This document shows positions 49,772-62,509 of a stretch of 64,000 bases of DNA, piece after piece. Positions within the stretch are counted from its first letter, which is position 1. The number at the start of each line of letters is the position of its first letter. Source of the stretch: Octopus vulgaris (Eukaryota); the NCBI GenBank assembly GCA_951406725.2, contig OX597826.1:64418001-64482000 (forward strand). Reading direction: 5' to 3'. The position numbers were made by a program, and so were the translations under genes. The notes beneath the pieces are model-generated. The model saw only the letters and a program-made list of their open reading frames with translations. It had not been told where the DNA came from and ran no database searches.

Positions 49772-52700
49772 ACATATATGTATGTTTTCTGTTAAGCTCA
49801 GAAGCAATGCATATTACCAGGTTTTCTGACTCAAGTCGAATAGAACAAACCACTCCAAATCTTAGAGTATCTGTGTGAATGGAGATAGGACTGACTAACT
49901 TGTGCTGACATAGAGTTGTATAATGTATAAAAGTGAAATTAAACCAAGTAAGGATATTTTGAATGCATTTAGTATGTATATTTCAGATAATTGCACAATA
50001 AATTAAGAAAGCAATTTCATTTCTCACACAAAATCTTCCACTATGAAGACATATCAAAATACTTTTTTATCTCTTGTGCAATTATAATTATCTCAAGTGC
50101 ATGTATTAATTGCATTCAAAATATCATTACTTGATTTGACTTCATTATTATCTATGTATACATACATGCATATGTGTGTGCGTGTGTGTTTACTTTATTA
50201 TTGAAGCTGTGAAAACATCACACAAATATCACAAAAAACTGCTACTCAGAGTTTCACGTACTCATTCATCAGTTGTGATCAAGAATGGAATAAAAATTGA
50301 GGTTGTATGTATAATGTATATTTTGATATGATGATTCACATTGACAGATACACATTTGAATTTGACTGGTTGTTATTAATATCTATAAGCTTTATCAAAC
50401 CATGGGTTAAAATGTTTTAAAACAAACTTACATTTATATTAATTAATCATTAATTTATTTACCGGTAATTAATTTACTCTGGACATGCATGATTTGTTTT
50501 TAACTCAAAATTTCTTTTTTACTCAAACTTTTTTTCCAATTCAAGGTTTTCTTTGATTTTATACAACATAATATTTATGCAATTTTATTTTTTATTCTTT
50601 ACTTTTAATTCTAATTTAATTTAAATTTAAATTTTATTTTCTACTTGAATATTTATTGTCTCAGCCTGCATACTTCTGAAAGACTATCAGAGGAAACAAC
50701 CAATTAAATTCAAACGTGTATCTGTCAATGTGAATCATATCAAAATATACATTATTCTTTTATTCTTTCACTTGTTTCAGTCAAACAAATCAGCTCAAAG
50801 ACTTATTCTTTGTAAACCTAACCACTGGGCCATTGCGCCTCCACAGATAAATGTGCCCTTTTAAAACCTAGCCAAGCTCATGGGCCTGGTTTCCCGGTTT
50901 CAATGGCGTATGTGTTCCCTAGCTGGACGGGACGCCTGTCCATCGTAGCGTTACTCATTTTTGCCAGCTGAGTGGACTGGAGCAACGTGAATTGCAGTGT
51001 TTTGCTCAAGAACACAATGTGTTGCCTGGTCCAGGAATCAAAACCACAATCTTACAATCATGATGCTGACACGCTAACCACTAAGCCACGCACCTCCACT
51101 ATATATAGTAATATATATATATATATATATATTTTTGATGTAATTTTTACCAGTGTCTGATAAAGACAAAAGCAAAAATTGAGAATCTATCAATATATTT
51201 GATATTGATGTGAAAAATATTTTAAACTGTTAACTTGCAAATATTTTTATGCTTTCATGTAAAAGTATAACTTTTCTAACAAATTAGTTGTAGTGGTGGT
51301 TTTGGTGGTGGTGGTCAGAAGACTTTTAACTCTTTAGCATTTAGATTACTCTGCCAATCATAATGCTGGTATTAAAAATATTATCGATGTGATTAACCCC
51401 AAGTCAGACCTGATCAAGCAGACTCATGATTAACCATTTAGCATTTAAACTGGCCTTATCAGGCCCTGTTCAAACCAGCCAGTTCCAGCCACTCACATCT
51501 ACTCTGCAATGGCATTCTAAAAGTAAACAGTTGCTCCCTTCAAAATCTCAATGATTAGAGGCAATGCTGGATTAATTCAAAACAATGTGAATAAGCAAGC
51601 ATTATGTTTGGCAGAGTAATCTAATTGCTAAAGAGTTAAAAGCCTTCTGACCATGACTATCCTAGCTTTTCTCAGACATGTATGTAGGACTGCATAGTCC
51701 AATGCATCCTGTCTTTCTGGTTTTAAAATAGAAGTACTGTGTCATTTGAGGGCAAGTTAACTGTTATATCAGGTGAGCACAAAGAGGCTCTTTTTGTCAG
51801 CTCAAATGTTATAAATGTGAGAGACAGCTACTTATAGCTGAATTTAACTGTGACATGCATCATCAGGTGATGATGTTTTGAAATGTTGTAACCTGTAATT
51901 AGTGCCATGTTGTGTGGGTCTATGGTTAACCATGACTCAGTCCTCCTTCATAACATGCTGTGTTCAGTGCTGTGACTATTGTCAAGACATGGTTCAGTTC
52001 TTCTCCATAACATGCGTTGAGACTGAGTGCCTTGTTGTATGTGTCTATCATATGACATGATCCAGTCTCTCAAATAACTTCTAATTAGTGCCCATGTTTT
52101 GATTGTAATCAAGACATCACCTAACCCTCCTCCATAACCTGTTGTACTCAGTGCCTTTTTGTGCCTAGTCATGGCCCAGTTCTCCGTTAGCTTTAACAGA
52201 CAAAATAACTTCAAATAACTTCAACAATGACAGCAAGTAAACATCAAGCATGAAATCTGAACTAAAAATAAAGCTCTACATGGTCTTTCGTCGTGCTAGA
52301 AATAGTAGCCAAAACACTCTCGAATCATGACCAAACCCAACCAATTGACCTTTCATCATACAGAAGAGCTGAATGGTGATGGAACCTGTTCTAGTCAGCT
52401 CTGATGGATTATTCAAACCAGCATAAAACCCCCTTTAATATCCTAGATCTGCTGCCCTTCTATCAGGACCACACCTGTGTGACATACCTGAGTACATGTT
52501 TGAATTATAAGAGACAGAACAAACCATTGAAGTGAGCCTCTCCAGCATCCAGGACTACATGTGTCTGTGGAGTACTCAGCCACTTGCATGTTTATTTCAT
52601 GAGCAGACTGTTCCATCGATTGAATCAACTGGAACCCTTGTTGTCATAACTGATGAAGTGCCAGTTTTGGTCACAGCTCTGCTCAATTTGTGTTGACCTG

Positions 52701-53530
52701 GGGCTAAATAACAACACCAACAGCATAACAGTAACAAGTGATGAATGGCTGCTGGCTTATACCCAGTTATGTTATTTAAGCCCAGATTCCCTCTAATTAA
52801 TGAGATCTATGATGCAAGATGTTCCAGCCTTGGCTATCCTACCTTTTTCTTCAGACTGTATGATGGGATTTGAGGGAGATAAAGCTGCTAATTTTACCTG
52901 GTTCAGCAACCACCTTGTTCAGTGTATATAGTATTATTTAATAATGTAGTGGTGGTGGTGCTACTGCTGCTGCTACGGCTGCTACTGCTGCTACTGCTGC
53001 TGGCGATGGCAGCAGTAGTGATAGGGGTTGTAGTGGCAATGGTAGTGGTGGTAGTAGTGTTCAGTAGTGGCAATTGTTATGGAGGTAAGAGAGATGCAGA
53101 GGTGGCAATTGTCATGGTGCTGGTGACAATAGTGAAGGTGGTTGTGGTGGCAGTGGTAGTGTATTAGTGGCTGTAGCCATGGTGATGGTGTCGTGGCAGT
53201 GGTGTGGGCAGGAAATGATAATAATGGTGATAATGATGATGTTAATAGTTGTAAGATGTGTAAGGTGTTGTGTGGCTCATGCTGCTGCTGTTGATGATGT
53301 AGTGGTATTGTGTGAGTAGTGATGATAATGTACAAAGGTAAGGTGTTATTTGTGATGATGTATAGTGATGATTATGATGATGATGATGATATTTAATGTG
53401 TTGTTGCTCCTTAAAAATATTGGGTGACATAGATGAGTGACCATATATATTTGTATGTATGTATGTATGTATGTATGTATGTATGTATGTATGTATGTAT
53501 GTATGTATGTATGTATGTATATATGTATGT

Positions 53531-54410
53531 ATCATCATCATCGTTTAACGTCTGTTTTTCATGCTGGCGTGGGCTGGACAGTTTGACTGGAGACTGGCAA
53601 GCCAGGAGGCCACACCAGGCTCCAATCTGATCTGGCAAAGTTTCTACAGCTGGATGCTCTTCCTAACGCCAACCACTCCAAGAGTGTTGTGGGTGCTTTT
53701 TACGTGCCTCCTGCATGGGAGCCAGTCAGGTGGCATTGGCATCAGCCATTTTCAGATAGTGCTTTTTACATGCCACCAGCACAGGAGCTAGTCTGGGCAG
53801 AGGGGCTGGCATCAACCACATTCAGACGGTGCTTTATACATGCCACTGGCATGGGGAACTAGTCAGGCGGCTCTGGCAGTAACCCATACATGAATGAATG
53901 GTGCTTATCACATGCCACCAGCACTGGTAACAGCCACAACTACAATTTCCATTTGATTGTGATTTGATTTGATTTTTGATTTTACTTGACTCAACAGGTC
54001 TCCTCAAGCATGGTGTGTTGCACGACAATTCAAAGATACTTTTTAAAAGGCTGATTATGCGACACTAGCATAAGCCACGGCTGTGATCTCTACTTGCCGG
54101 GCCTTCTCAATCACAGCATACCTCCAGAGGTCTCGGTCTCTTGTCATTGCCTCTGTGAGGCCCAACGTTTGAAGGTTGTGCTTCACCACCTCATCCCATG
54201 TCTTCCTGGGTCTCTTCCATGGGTTCCTTCCACTGTTAAGGAGTGACACTTCTTCACACAGCTCTCCTCATCCATATGTAGCACATGACCATACCAACAC
54301 AGACGTCTCTCTTGCACACCACATCTGATGCTTCTTATGTCCAACATTTCTCTCAGGGAGTTTACACTCTGTCATGTGTGCACACTGACATTACACATCC
54401 AGCGGACGTG
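53531..54410 (-). pseudogene. 5'-truncated RTE-clade LINE (ORF C-terminus + 3' UTR + GAT tail)
   Basis: Minus strand reads RRLCWYGHVLHMDE...RPRKTWDEVVKHNLQTLGLTEAMTRDRDLWR. Confidence 0.8.
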
Positions 54411-54557
54411 TAATTATAGAAAACTATAATTGCCACTAAATGTGACTAGAGTGTTATAAACACCTACATTGCTAGAAATAAGAGCTAAAATACTCTAATG
54501 TTGCAGTCAAAGCACATAATTGTATACATATGTACTGACAGGGACTGTATAGATAGA

Positions 54558-54602
<45 letters not shown>

Positions 54603-54616
54603 TGACAGACAGACAA

Positions 54617-54658
<42 letters not shown>

Positions 54659-54659
54659 T

Positions 54660-54690
<31 letters not shown>

Positions 54691-54716
54691 TGAAAATAGA
54701 TAGATAGATGGAAATG

Positions 54717-54771
<55 letters not shown>

Positions 54772-55756
54772 TTACATATCTGACATGACATATCCATTAT
54801 GTAAATTTGGTCATTTGTATGAATGAGTCAGTACTTTTACAGGTGGAATACATTTAAGAATTGATGTGCTTGTGTAAGCATGAAAATACAATAGATTTAT
54901 GAATGTAACGTCTCTACGAAATGTATAGGTGCATATGTGTATGTAATATATTTTCGTATATGTATGTAATGCATATATGTTAATATGTATGCGTGTGTAT
55001 GTGTGTGTGTGCTGTTTTATTTTCATGACTGTTTTGCCAGTAGAGTAAAAGCTGGTTACTAACCCGGAAACAAGGCTCTTTTATTGAAGTAAACAACACA
55101 GACAGGGTAGAAATGTATGCATGTATCTGTATATATATATATGTGTGTGCATATATATATTATGTGTGTGGATTTGTATATTTTGAATAATGTGTGAACA
55201 CTTATGTTTTCCATATGTCTATACATGTGAATATATGTACATAATACAGACTAAACTTCTAAAACATTTCCATATTTCCACAGTTCCATTAGTGGCTTGT
55301 ACTTGTAATATATTAATTAACTCTGTCTTTTCTGATTTTTACTGTAGCTTAGCCTCTCACAACTGGTGATGAGGCGGTTAGTTACGTAATCGCATGCATC
55401 AATAATCGCATGCATCAATAATCGCATGCATGAATCGAAAGCTATGTTGCAAATATAATATCTGCAGATTTCTAACTAACTTGGAATAAACTTTTACTTT
55501 TATCTTTCACATAATGTGGATATCTGTTTGATAACTGATTTCCACTACTGTGTGCATTTTTTTTCCCTGTTCGTTATGTCTGCTCTGTTGTGCTAATATT
55601 TTACAGATGGTTTGACAAGAACATTTCACCAGTATATTTTCATATTACATATGTGTATACCATCTGTATAACTGCTATATTTTAATCTTCAGAGCTATGC
55701 CTTCTACAGGTTTCACTGCTTCTAAAGTTCTGGTCATGACATCATGTCTTACATGC

Positions 55757-55787
<31 letters not shown>

Positions 55788-56159
55788 TTAACATCCATTG
55801 TCCATGCTGGCATGAGTTGGGTGGCTTGACCAGGGCTGACAAGCTGGAAGGCTGCACCAGACTCCAGTCTGATTTGACATGGTTTTCTATGGCTGGATAC
55901 CCTTCCTAACACCAACCATTCCAAGAGTGTAATGGGTTCTTTTACATGCCACCAGCATGGGTGCCATCTGCATGACACCAGTATCTGCCATGACTGCAAC
56001 TTTACTTGGCTTGATGGGTCTTCTTCTCAAGCACAATATAATGCCAAGGTCTTGGCATCATAATTTTGGACAGTTCTTTATGATATTGGACATAACTTCA
56101 GGGTTCATTCTACAGAATTCACACCAGTTACTACGTCTAAATATTTTATGTGCATTCCT

Positions 56160-56575
56160 ATTTCTTTATTGCCCACAAGGGGCTAAACATAGAGGGGACA
56201 AACAAGGACAGACAAATGGATTAAGTCGATTACATCAACCCCAGTGCATAACCGGTACTTAATTTATCGACCCCGAAAGGATGAAAGGCAAAGTCGATCT
56301 TGGCGGAATTTGAACTCAGAACATAAAGACAGAAGAAATACCTATTTCTTTACTACCCACAAGGGGCTAAACACAGAGAGGACAAACAAGGACAGACAAA
56401 TGGATTAAGTCGATTATATCGACCCCAGTACATAACTGGTACTTAATTTATCGACCCCGAAAGGATGAAAGGCAAAGTCGACCTCGGCGGAATTTGAACT
56501 GAGAACTTAAAGACAGACGAAATACCACTGAGCATTTCGCCCGGTGTGCTAACGTTTCTGCCAGCTCACCGCCTT
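56160..56575 (-). mobile_element. Two tandem Meta/MESC-like SINE copies
   Basis: About 185-bp direct duplication of the SINE body. Confidence 0.8.
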
Positions 56576-56969
56576 ATTTTATGTGCATTCCAGTCATCTG
56601 TGTGCATCATGTATAATGTTGCTATTTCTTAGATAATAAAACGAATGTAAGATATGTATATATCAAGTGTGGGGTTTATGTAAGCTGAGGAAGGAGGTAC
56701 GATGTGCTGACATGCCGCACACAATACTTTGTAAGTTTGTGCTAACAGACTGTGAAATCTTCACTCGTTTTCAGTATTATTAATATATTATTAGAAAGAA
56801 TTACTGTGCTCATCCAACTGTCAGGTCCTATGACACTTGGGCTCTCAACTGTAAAGCTGCTGCATTACATGCAGGGCAAGTTTTTTTTTTTTTTTGATAC
56901 ATTTAAAGTACATCCTACACTGGCAAATTCATCATTCATTTATATATCATGCAAGCATGTGTGTACCCA

Positions 56970-57223
56970 GACACACACACATACACACACACACTCACAC
57001 ACACACACACACACACAAGAACACACACACACACACACACAAACAGACACATACGCGCACACACACACTCACAAACACACACTCATACACACACACAAAC
57101 ACACCCACAAACACACACACACAAACACACACACAAACACACACACTCACACACACAAACACACACACACACTCACACACACACAAAGACACACACACAC
57201 TCACACCCCCACCCCCACACACA

Positions 57224-57258
<35 letters not shown>

Positions 57259-57262
57259 TCAC
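56970..57262. repeat. Degenerate (CA)n microsatellite
   Basis: Direct inspection. Confidence 0.95.
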
Positions 57263-58252
57263 ATGCATGAGTAAATCTTCGATTTTCCAGTCTCTGGTTT
57301 TTCAGGCTTGGTGGATTGATTTGTTTTGCAGGATCAGATGTGATTACCTCAATATTCTGTCTCTATGCTTATTAATAGCTCTAGATGAACCAATACCATA
57401 GATATCACACGGGTTTTGTACTGAAATACCATGGTTCACTATCTTCAACACTCCTACAGTTTTACTTTATCTTAGATCAATATGAATTGGTGTTTACACT
57501 TGACACTTCTATTGATACTCTCAGTGCTCTTATCTATATTAACCATAGCTAAGAATGACTTTAAGCTAAACAAGCAGAGGATATCTCAGCATTTTGGTAT
57601 AGCCACTAACACAAAGCACTGTAAATATCCTATTTAAGTACATGGTGCACACAAAAGATTTGGTGGTCATGTAGTGAACTTGAATGGCCACCACAGGAAT
57701 TTTAAATCCTCCCTTGTAATTTTTCTGCATTTTTATTTAATAAGGCAGGTATTTACAACATCAGTTAATATTTATCCACCTTTTTTTTTAGTATCAGAGG
57801 CCCTGAATTCTTACCTGAGCATGTGATTGGCTGTGAGTATGTGCCACTGAAAAAGTATCCCCCCAAAAAGGTCCAGAAAGGCTGAAAAGCATCTGATGTT
57901 CTTGCTGACCTTGGCTGGGATGAATTTTTATCTTCTTTGGGTATTTATTATGTTTTTAACACAGCATGTCCATAAGAAATGTTATCTCAGCGCAAATACC
58001 ACAGTAACGGGCCTATCAACAGTGTATACATTAAGTATGATACCTAGATGGTTTGGTTGGTGTCAGGGTGCATAGTAAAACCACTTGGAGTGAGGGACCA
58101 CTAGCTATTGTCACAGCATCCTTCTAGGAGAGGGACACTGATGTAAAACCTGAAGTGTCATGTGATTACTGGTCATCTTACTTCGGCTTGTCTCTAGCTA
58201 TAATCATGGACACTCAAAGAATGGTACTTGTGTTGTATAAAAGTTTATCACT

Positions 58253-58480
58253 TTAACCCTTTCATTACTGTATTTATTTTGAGAAGCTCTGTGTTTCTTT
58301 CAATTACTTTAAATATAACAAAGAATTTAGTAAAATAACTTAGTTATCATTGAACTAGTGTTAAGAACATAAATTGTGACTAAGGTTTGGTGGAAGATTT
58401 TAATTCAAAACTTATGGAAGCAAGACATTTGTACTCAGAGCCAGAGCTGGTTTCAGCCAAGTTGGTAACGAAAGGGTTAA
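58253..58480. mobile_element. piggyBac-type (TTAA) MITE, uninterrupted copy
   Basis: TTAA-CCCTTTCATTACT ... GGTAACGAAAGGG-TTAA. Confidence 0.85.
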
Positions 58481-59184
58481 TCCAATTATGTACAGGTGTC
58501 TCTTTATGGTGACCTTATTTGTCATTCCATCTACTGAAAGTCCTATGATGTTGGAAAAGTGGTGATGTGTGCAAGCCTAACCAGTTGGAAGTGCACAATG
58601 AGTTATAACTTTTGTCTGTTATCGAAGTTTCAAGCCATGCAGATCTGCAGTGGTACGGAATTGTCATCTGAGGGATGATGGACAGAAAGTGAGAAGTGCC
58701 ATTGACAATGAAGCACAAGGAGATGGCAATCATCTGGGAAGATGGAGCAATCGCACAGAATTAGTGTGTCAAAGAAAAATACCTGGAGGTGTTTGGTTAA
58801 GTTCTGTGATGTTCAACCCACACCTCTATAACCTAGGTTGATTTTGCCCTTCCAAGTCACAAAGTCGATAAAATAAATAGAATAAAAATATTCTAATGAG
58901 GTGATATAACTGGCTATAACTCTTGAAAGTGGTGCCCCAGAATGTCCACTGTCAAATGATCAATGTCAGTAAAAGAATAGAAAGAATATAAAATAGGAAC
59001 AGGTGCCAATATTTGAAATGATATGGTTGGTATGATTGTGTGGTGAGAAGCTTGCTTCCCAACCACATGGTTCTGGGTTCAGTCCTACTGTGTGGCACCT
59101 TGGGCAAGTGTCTTCTACTATAGCCTTGGGCCAACCAAAGCCTTGTGACTGGATTTTGGTTGACAGAAACTGAAAGAAGCCCGT

Positions 59185-59217
<33 letters not shown>

Positions 59218-59232
59218 GTGTGTATGTATGTA

Positions 59233-59296
<64 letters not shown>

Positions 59297-59505
59297 AGGA
59301 GAGAGAGAGTGAGAGAGAGAGAAAGAGAGAGAGAGAGCAATAAGAAAATGGAGGGGACCAATAGGTGGTATTCAACTTTTAGACATTATATTATGTAAAT
59401 GAATTAATTTATTTACTAAAATGACAATTATAACAATATACATACATGAATAAAATATTATGCTTTACATATATAATATATAAAGATGTCAGCAATTATT
59501 AAAAT

Positions 59506-59589
<84 letters not shown>

Positions 59590-60472
59590 CATGTGTATAT
59601 ATATATACATGTGTGTGCGTGTGTATTTGTGTTTGTCTCCTACTATTGCTTGACTATTGATGTTGGTGTATTTATATAACCCTATAGCTTATTGGTTCAG
59701 CCAAAGAAACTGATAGGCTAAGTGCTAGGTTTAAAATTCTCCAAGATGGTGCTCCAGCATGGCCACTCTCTTATGACTGAAACAAGTAAAAGATAGAAGC
59801 TAGTTTTCTGAACAAAAAAACTCATAGTGTTTTGTGTCTGACAATAGATATTGTTGATGTCAAGTACTTATTTTTGAAATATTTTCTCAACCTCTATTAA
59901 CTGACTTGGGCTCATTAAAAATACAACCAAGAAAAGGAAAAGGAAGAGAAAAAGAAAATAATACAGTAAAAAGAAGAGAGTTTTATATAAAAATAGTAAT
60001 TAGTATAAGAGGACCAAATCAACATTGTGTCACTGTTTCTGAAAATAAACTACATAAAGCTAAGCTGTATAAAAACCAACACCATGTCATTCACTAATTA
60101 TAGAGAGCAATTAATAAATTATGATGAGACACAAATGAATTAAAGGTGTATTTGGTCGTGAAAATAGTAAAAAATTAAAGAGAAGAAATAAATATAGACA
60201 TTTAATGAATATAAATACAGACACATAAGAGAGAAAAGTTTTAGATTAGTAATTATGCTTTTAGTGGCAGAAATGGTTGGATGTAAGAATAAATATCTTT
60301 CGTTATTTTGTTACTTTTATTGATGTTCCGAGTTCAAATCCAACAAACGTTAACTTTACCGTTAAACTTTGGTGGCGGGGTTGATAATATATCTGCTAGT
60401 CAAGTACCGAGGGTTGATTCAAGTGAGTTATTACTATGCCAAGTAATTTGAGATGTGTACCAATGCAAGAAA

Positions 60473-60490
60473 TTATCATTATTATTATTA

Positions 60491-60539
<49 letters not shown>

Positions 60540-60640
60540 CATCATTATCATTATTATTGTTGTTGTCGTCATTGTCATCGTCGTCGTCGTCGTCGTCATC
60601 ATCATCATCATCATCATCATTATTATTATTATAATTATTA
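60473..60640. repeat. Compound trinucleotide microsatellite (ATT/GTC/ATC)
   Basis: Direct inspection. Confidence 0.95.
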
Positions 60641-61124
60641 AGGCAGCAAGCTGGCAGAATCATTAGCATGCTGGGAAAAATGCTTAGTGGTGTTTCTCCC
60701 TTTGCTATGATCAGAGATCAAGCTCTACCAAGGTTGACTTTGCCTTTCATCCTTTAAGGGTTGATAAATTAAGTACCAGTGAAACACTGGAGTTGATGTA
60801 ATCAACTTATCTCCTCCCACAAAAGTGCTGCCCTTGTTATCATTATTATTATTATTATTCTATGTTTGACTTTTGCTTTATATTTGTACAAGTTGGCTCC
60901 AAGTCTCACCCAGAGACCTCAAGAGACAACAGGTTGGAAGTTCATGTTGTTGTTATGCCTAGTGTGCCATATATTTGTTTTTTTTTGTTGTTGTTGTACT
61001 AGTGAATGTCTAAAAAAAAAAAAAGATGAAGAAGAACCGAAAATTATGTTTGTTTTAAACCTTGAGATTACATAGAAAGTATTTTGTGTAGGATATGAGC
61101 AGTTCCCATGAGCACTATCTTTTG

Positions 61125-61171
<47 letters not shown>

Positions 61172-62253
61172 CATTGAGGTGGCAAGCTGGCAGAATTGTT
61201 AGCATGCCAAGTAAAATGCTTAGCATCATTTTGTCTGTCCTTACATTCTGAGCTCAAATTCCACCGAAGTTGTCTTTGTCTTTCATTCTTTAAGGGGTCA
61301 ATAAATTAAGTACTAGTGGAACACTGGGGTTGATATAATCAACTAGTCCCCTCCCCCAAAATTTCAGACCTTGTACCTATAGAAGAAATGATTGTTATTA
61401 TTCTGGGCCACATGGAAGAAATGACAATGGACTGAGATGTCTGGCAATATGAAGTTCTTGAGAAGACCTGTCCATGTCAGCGAAACTGAGTTCTAAAAGT
61501 ACCTACTGTGTCCCACCCACACATAACAAGAAAAATTCTCACACACTCTACCACAACAAACTGAACTACATCTCTACATCCCTTCTCTTCCTCACATTTC
61601 CACTTCATGCACTATGCTTACCTCCCACTCCCCAATCCTGTTCTCTTGACCCTGTGCCACTGTATCATTGCTCTCTGCGAGCCCCACCACCAACCTGCAT
61701 GTTCTACCCACACACCTTATCTCACTGTATCATTATCTGCTAGCCTCCGACCTGTGTGTTCCACCCACATGTAACAAGAAAACTTTTCCTTCACCCTACA
61801 CCAACAAACCAATCTACATCTCCACATCTCTTCCACACATTTCCTCCTTCATACACTATACCTAGCTCTCACTCCTTAATCCTGTCCTCACGGCCCTGTT
61901 CCTCTGTATCATTGCTGTCCAGTGGCCCCTCACTGACTCTATATATACCCAGGTTTTTGCCACTCACTGCCGCCCTCCACACTCTTTAATCACACTTCCT
62001 TTGCAATATCCTGCCACTTATATTACAGCATTCGGACCTCAAGGGTATTCCCTGGCATTTGCCACCTCTCTCCTCCTTTGCTCAACCATCCCATTTATAT
62101 TCTGATCCCCATCCCTTTAATAATACATCTGGCATTTTGCCACCATCTCTACCCTGCTGTCTCCCACTCTCTCTCATCTTATCCTGCATTTCCCTCAAGT
62201 TGGGTAGCCATGTTTTTTTTTCTTTTGAGGTAGCGCACCTGTTTCTGTCTTCA

Positions 62254-62284
<31 letters not shown>

Positions 62285-62509
62285 CCCCCGCTCTCTCTCT
62301 CTATCTCTCTCTCTCCATCTCTCTCTCTCCCTCTCTCTCTCTTGCCAGGTAACCTTGTACTTCCTCTACAGCAAGACACCTGTTTCTGTCTCACTATAGC
62401 CTTTCATCATCTGACATGACATCACCTCCTCCAATGCCCTCTCCCCTCTCAAAAGAGATTTTTTTTTGTCTTGCAAATACTTGGTGACTCTGTCAGTACC
62501 AGTGCTACT

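Noticed and set aside
55363-55445. Hammerhead-like GATGAG...CGAAAG around a 16-bp triplication
   Set aside because: The core is not CUGANGA and convincing stems could not be drawn.
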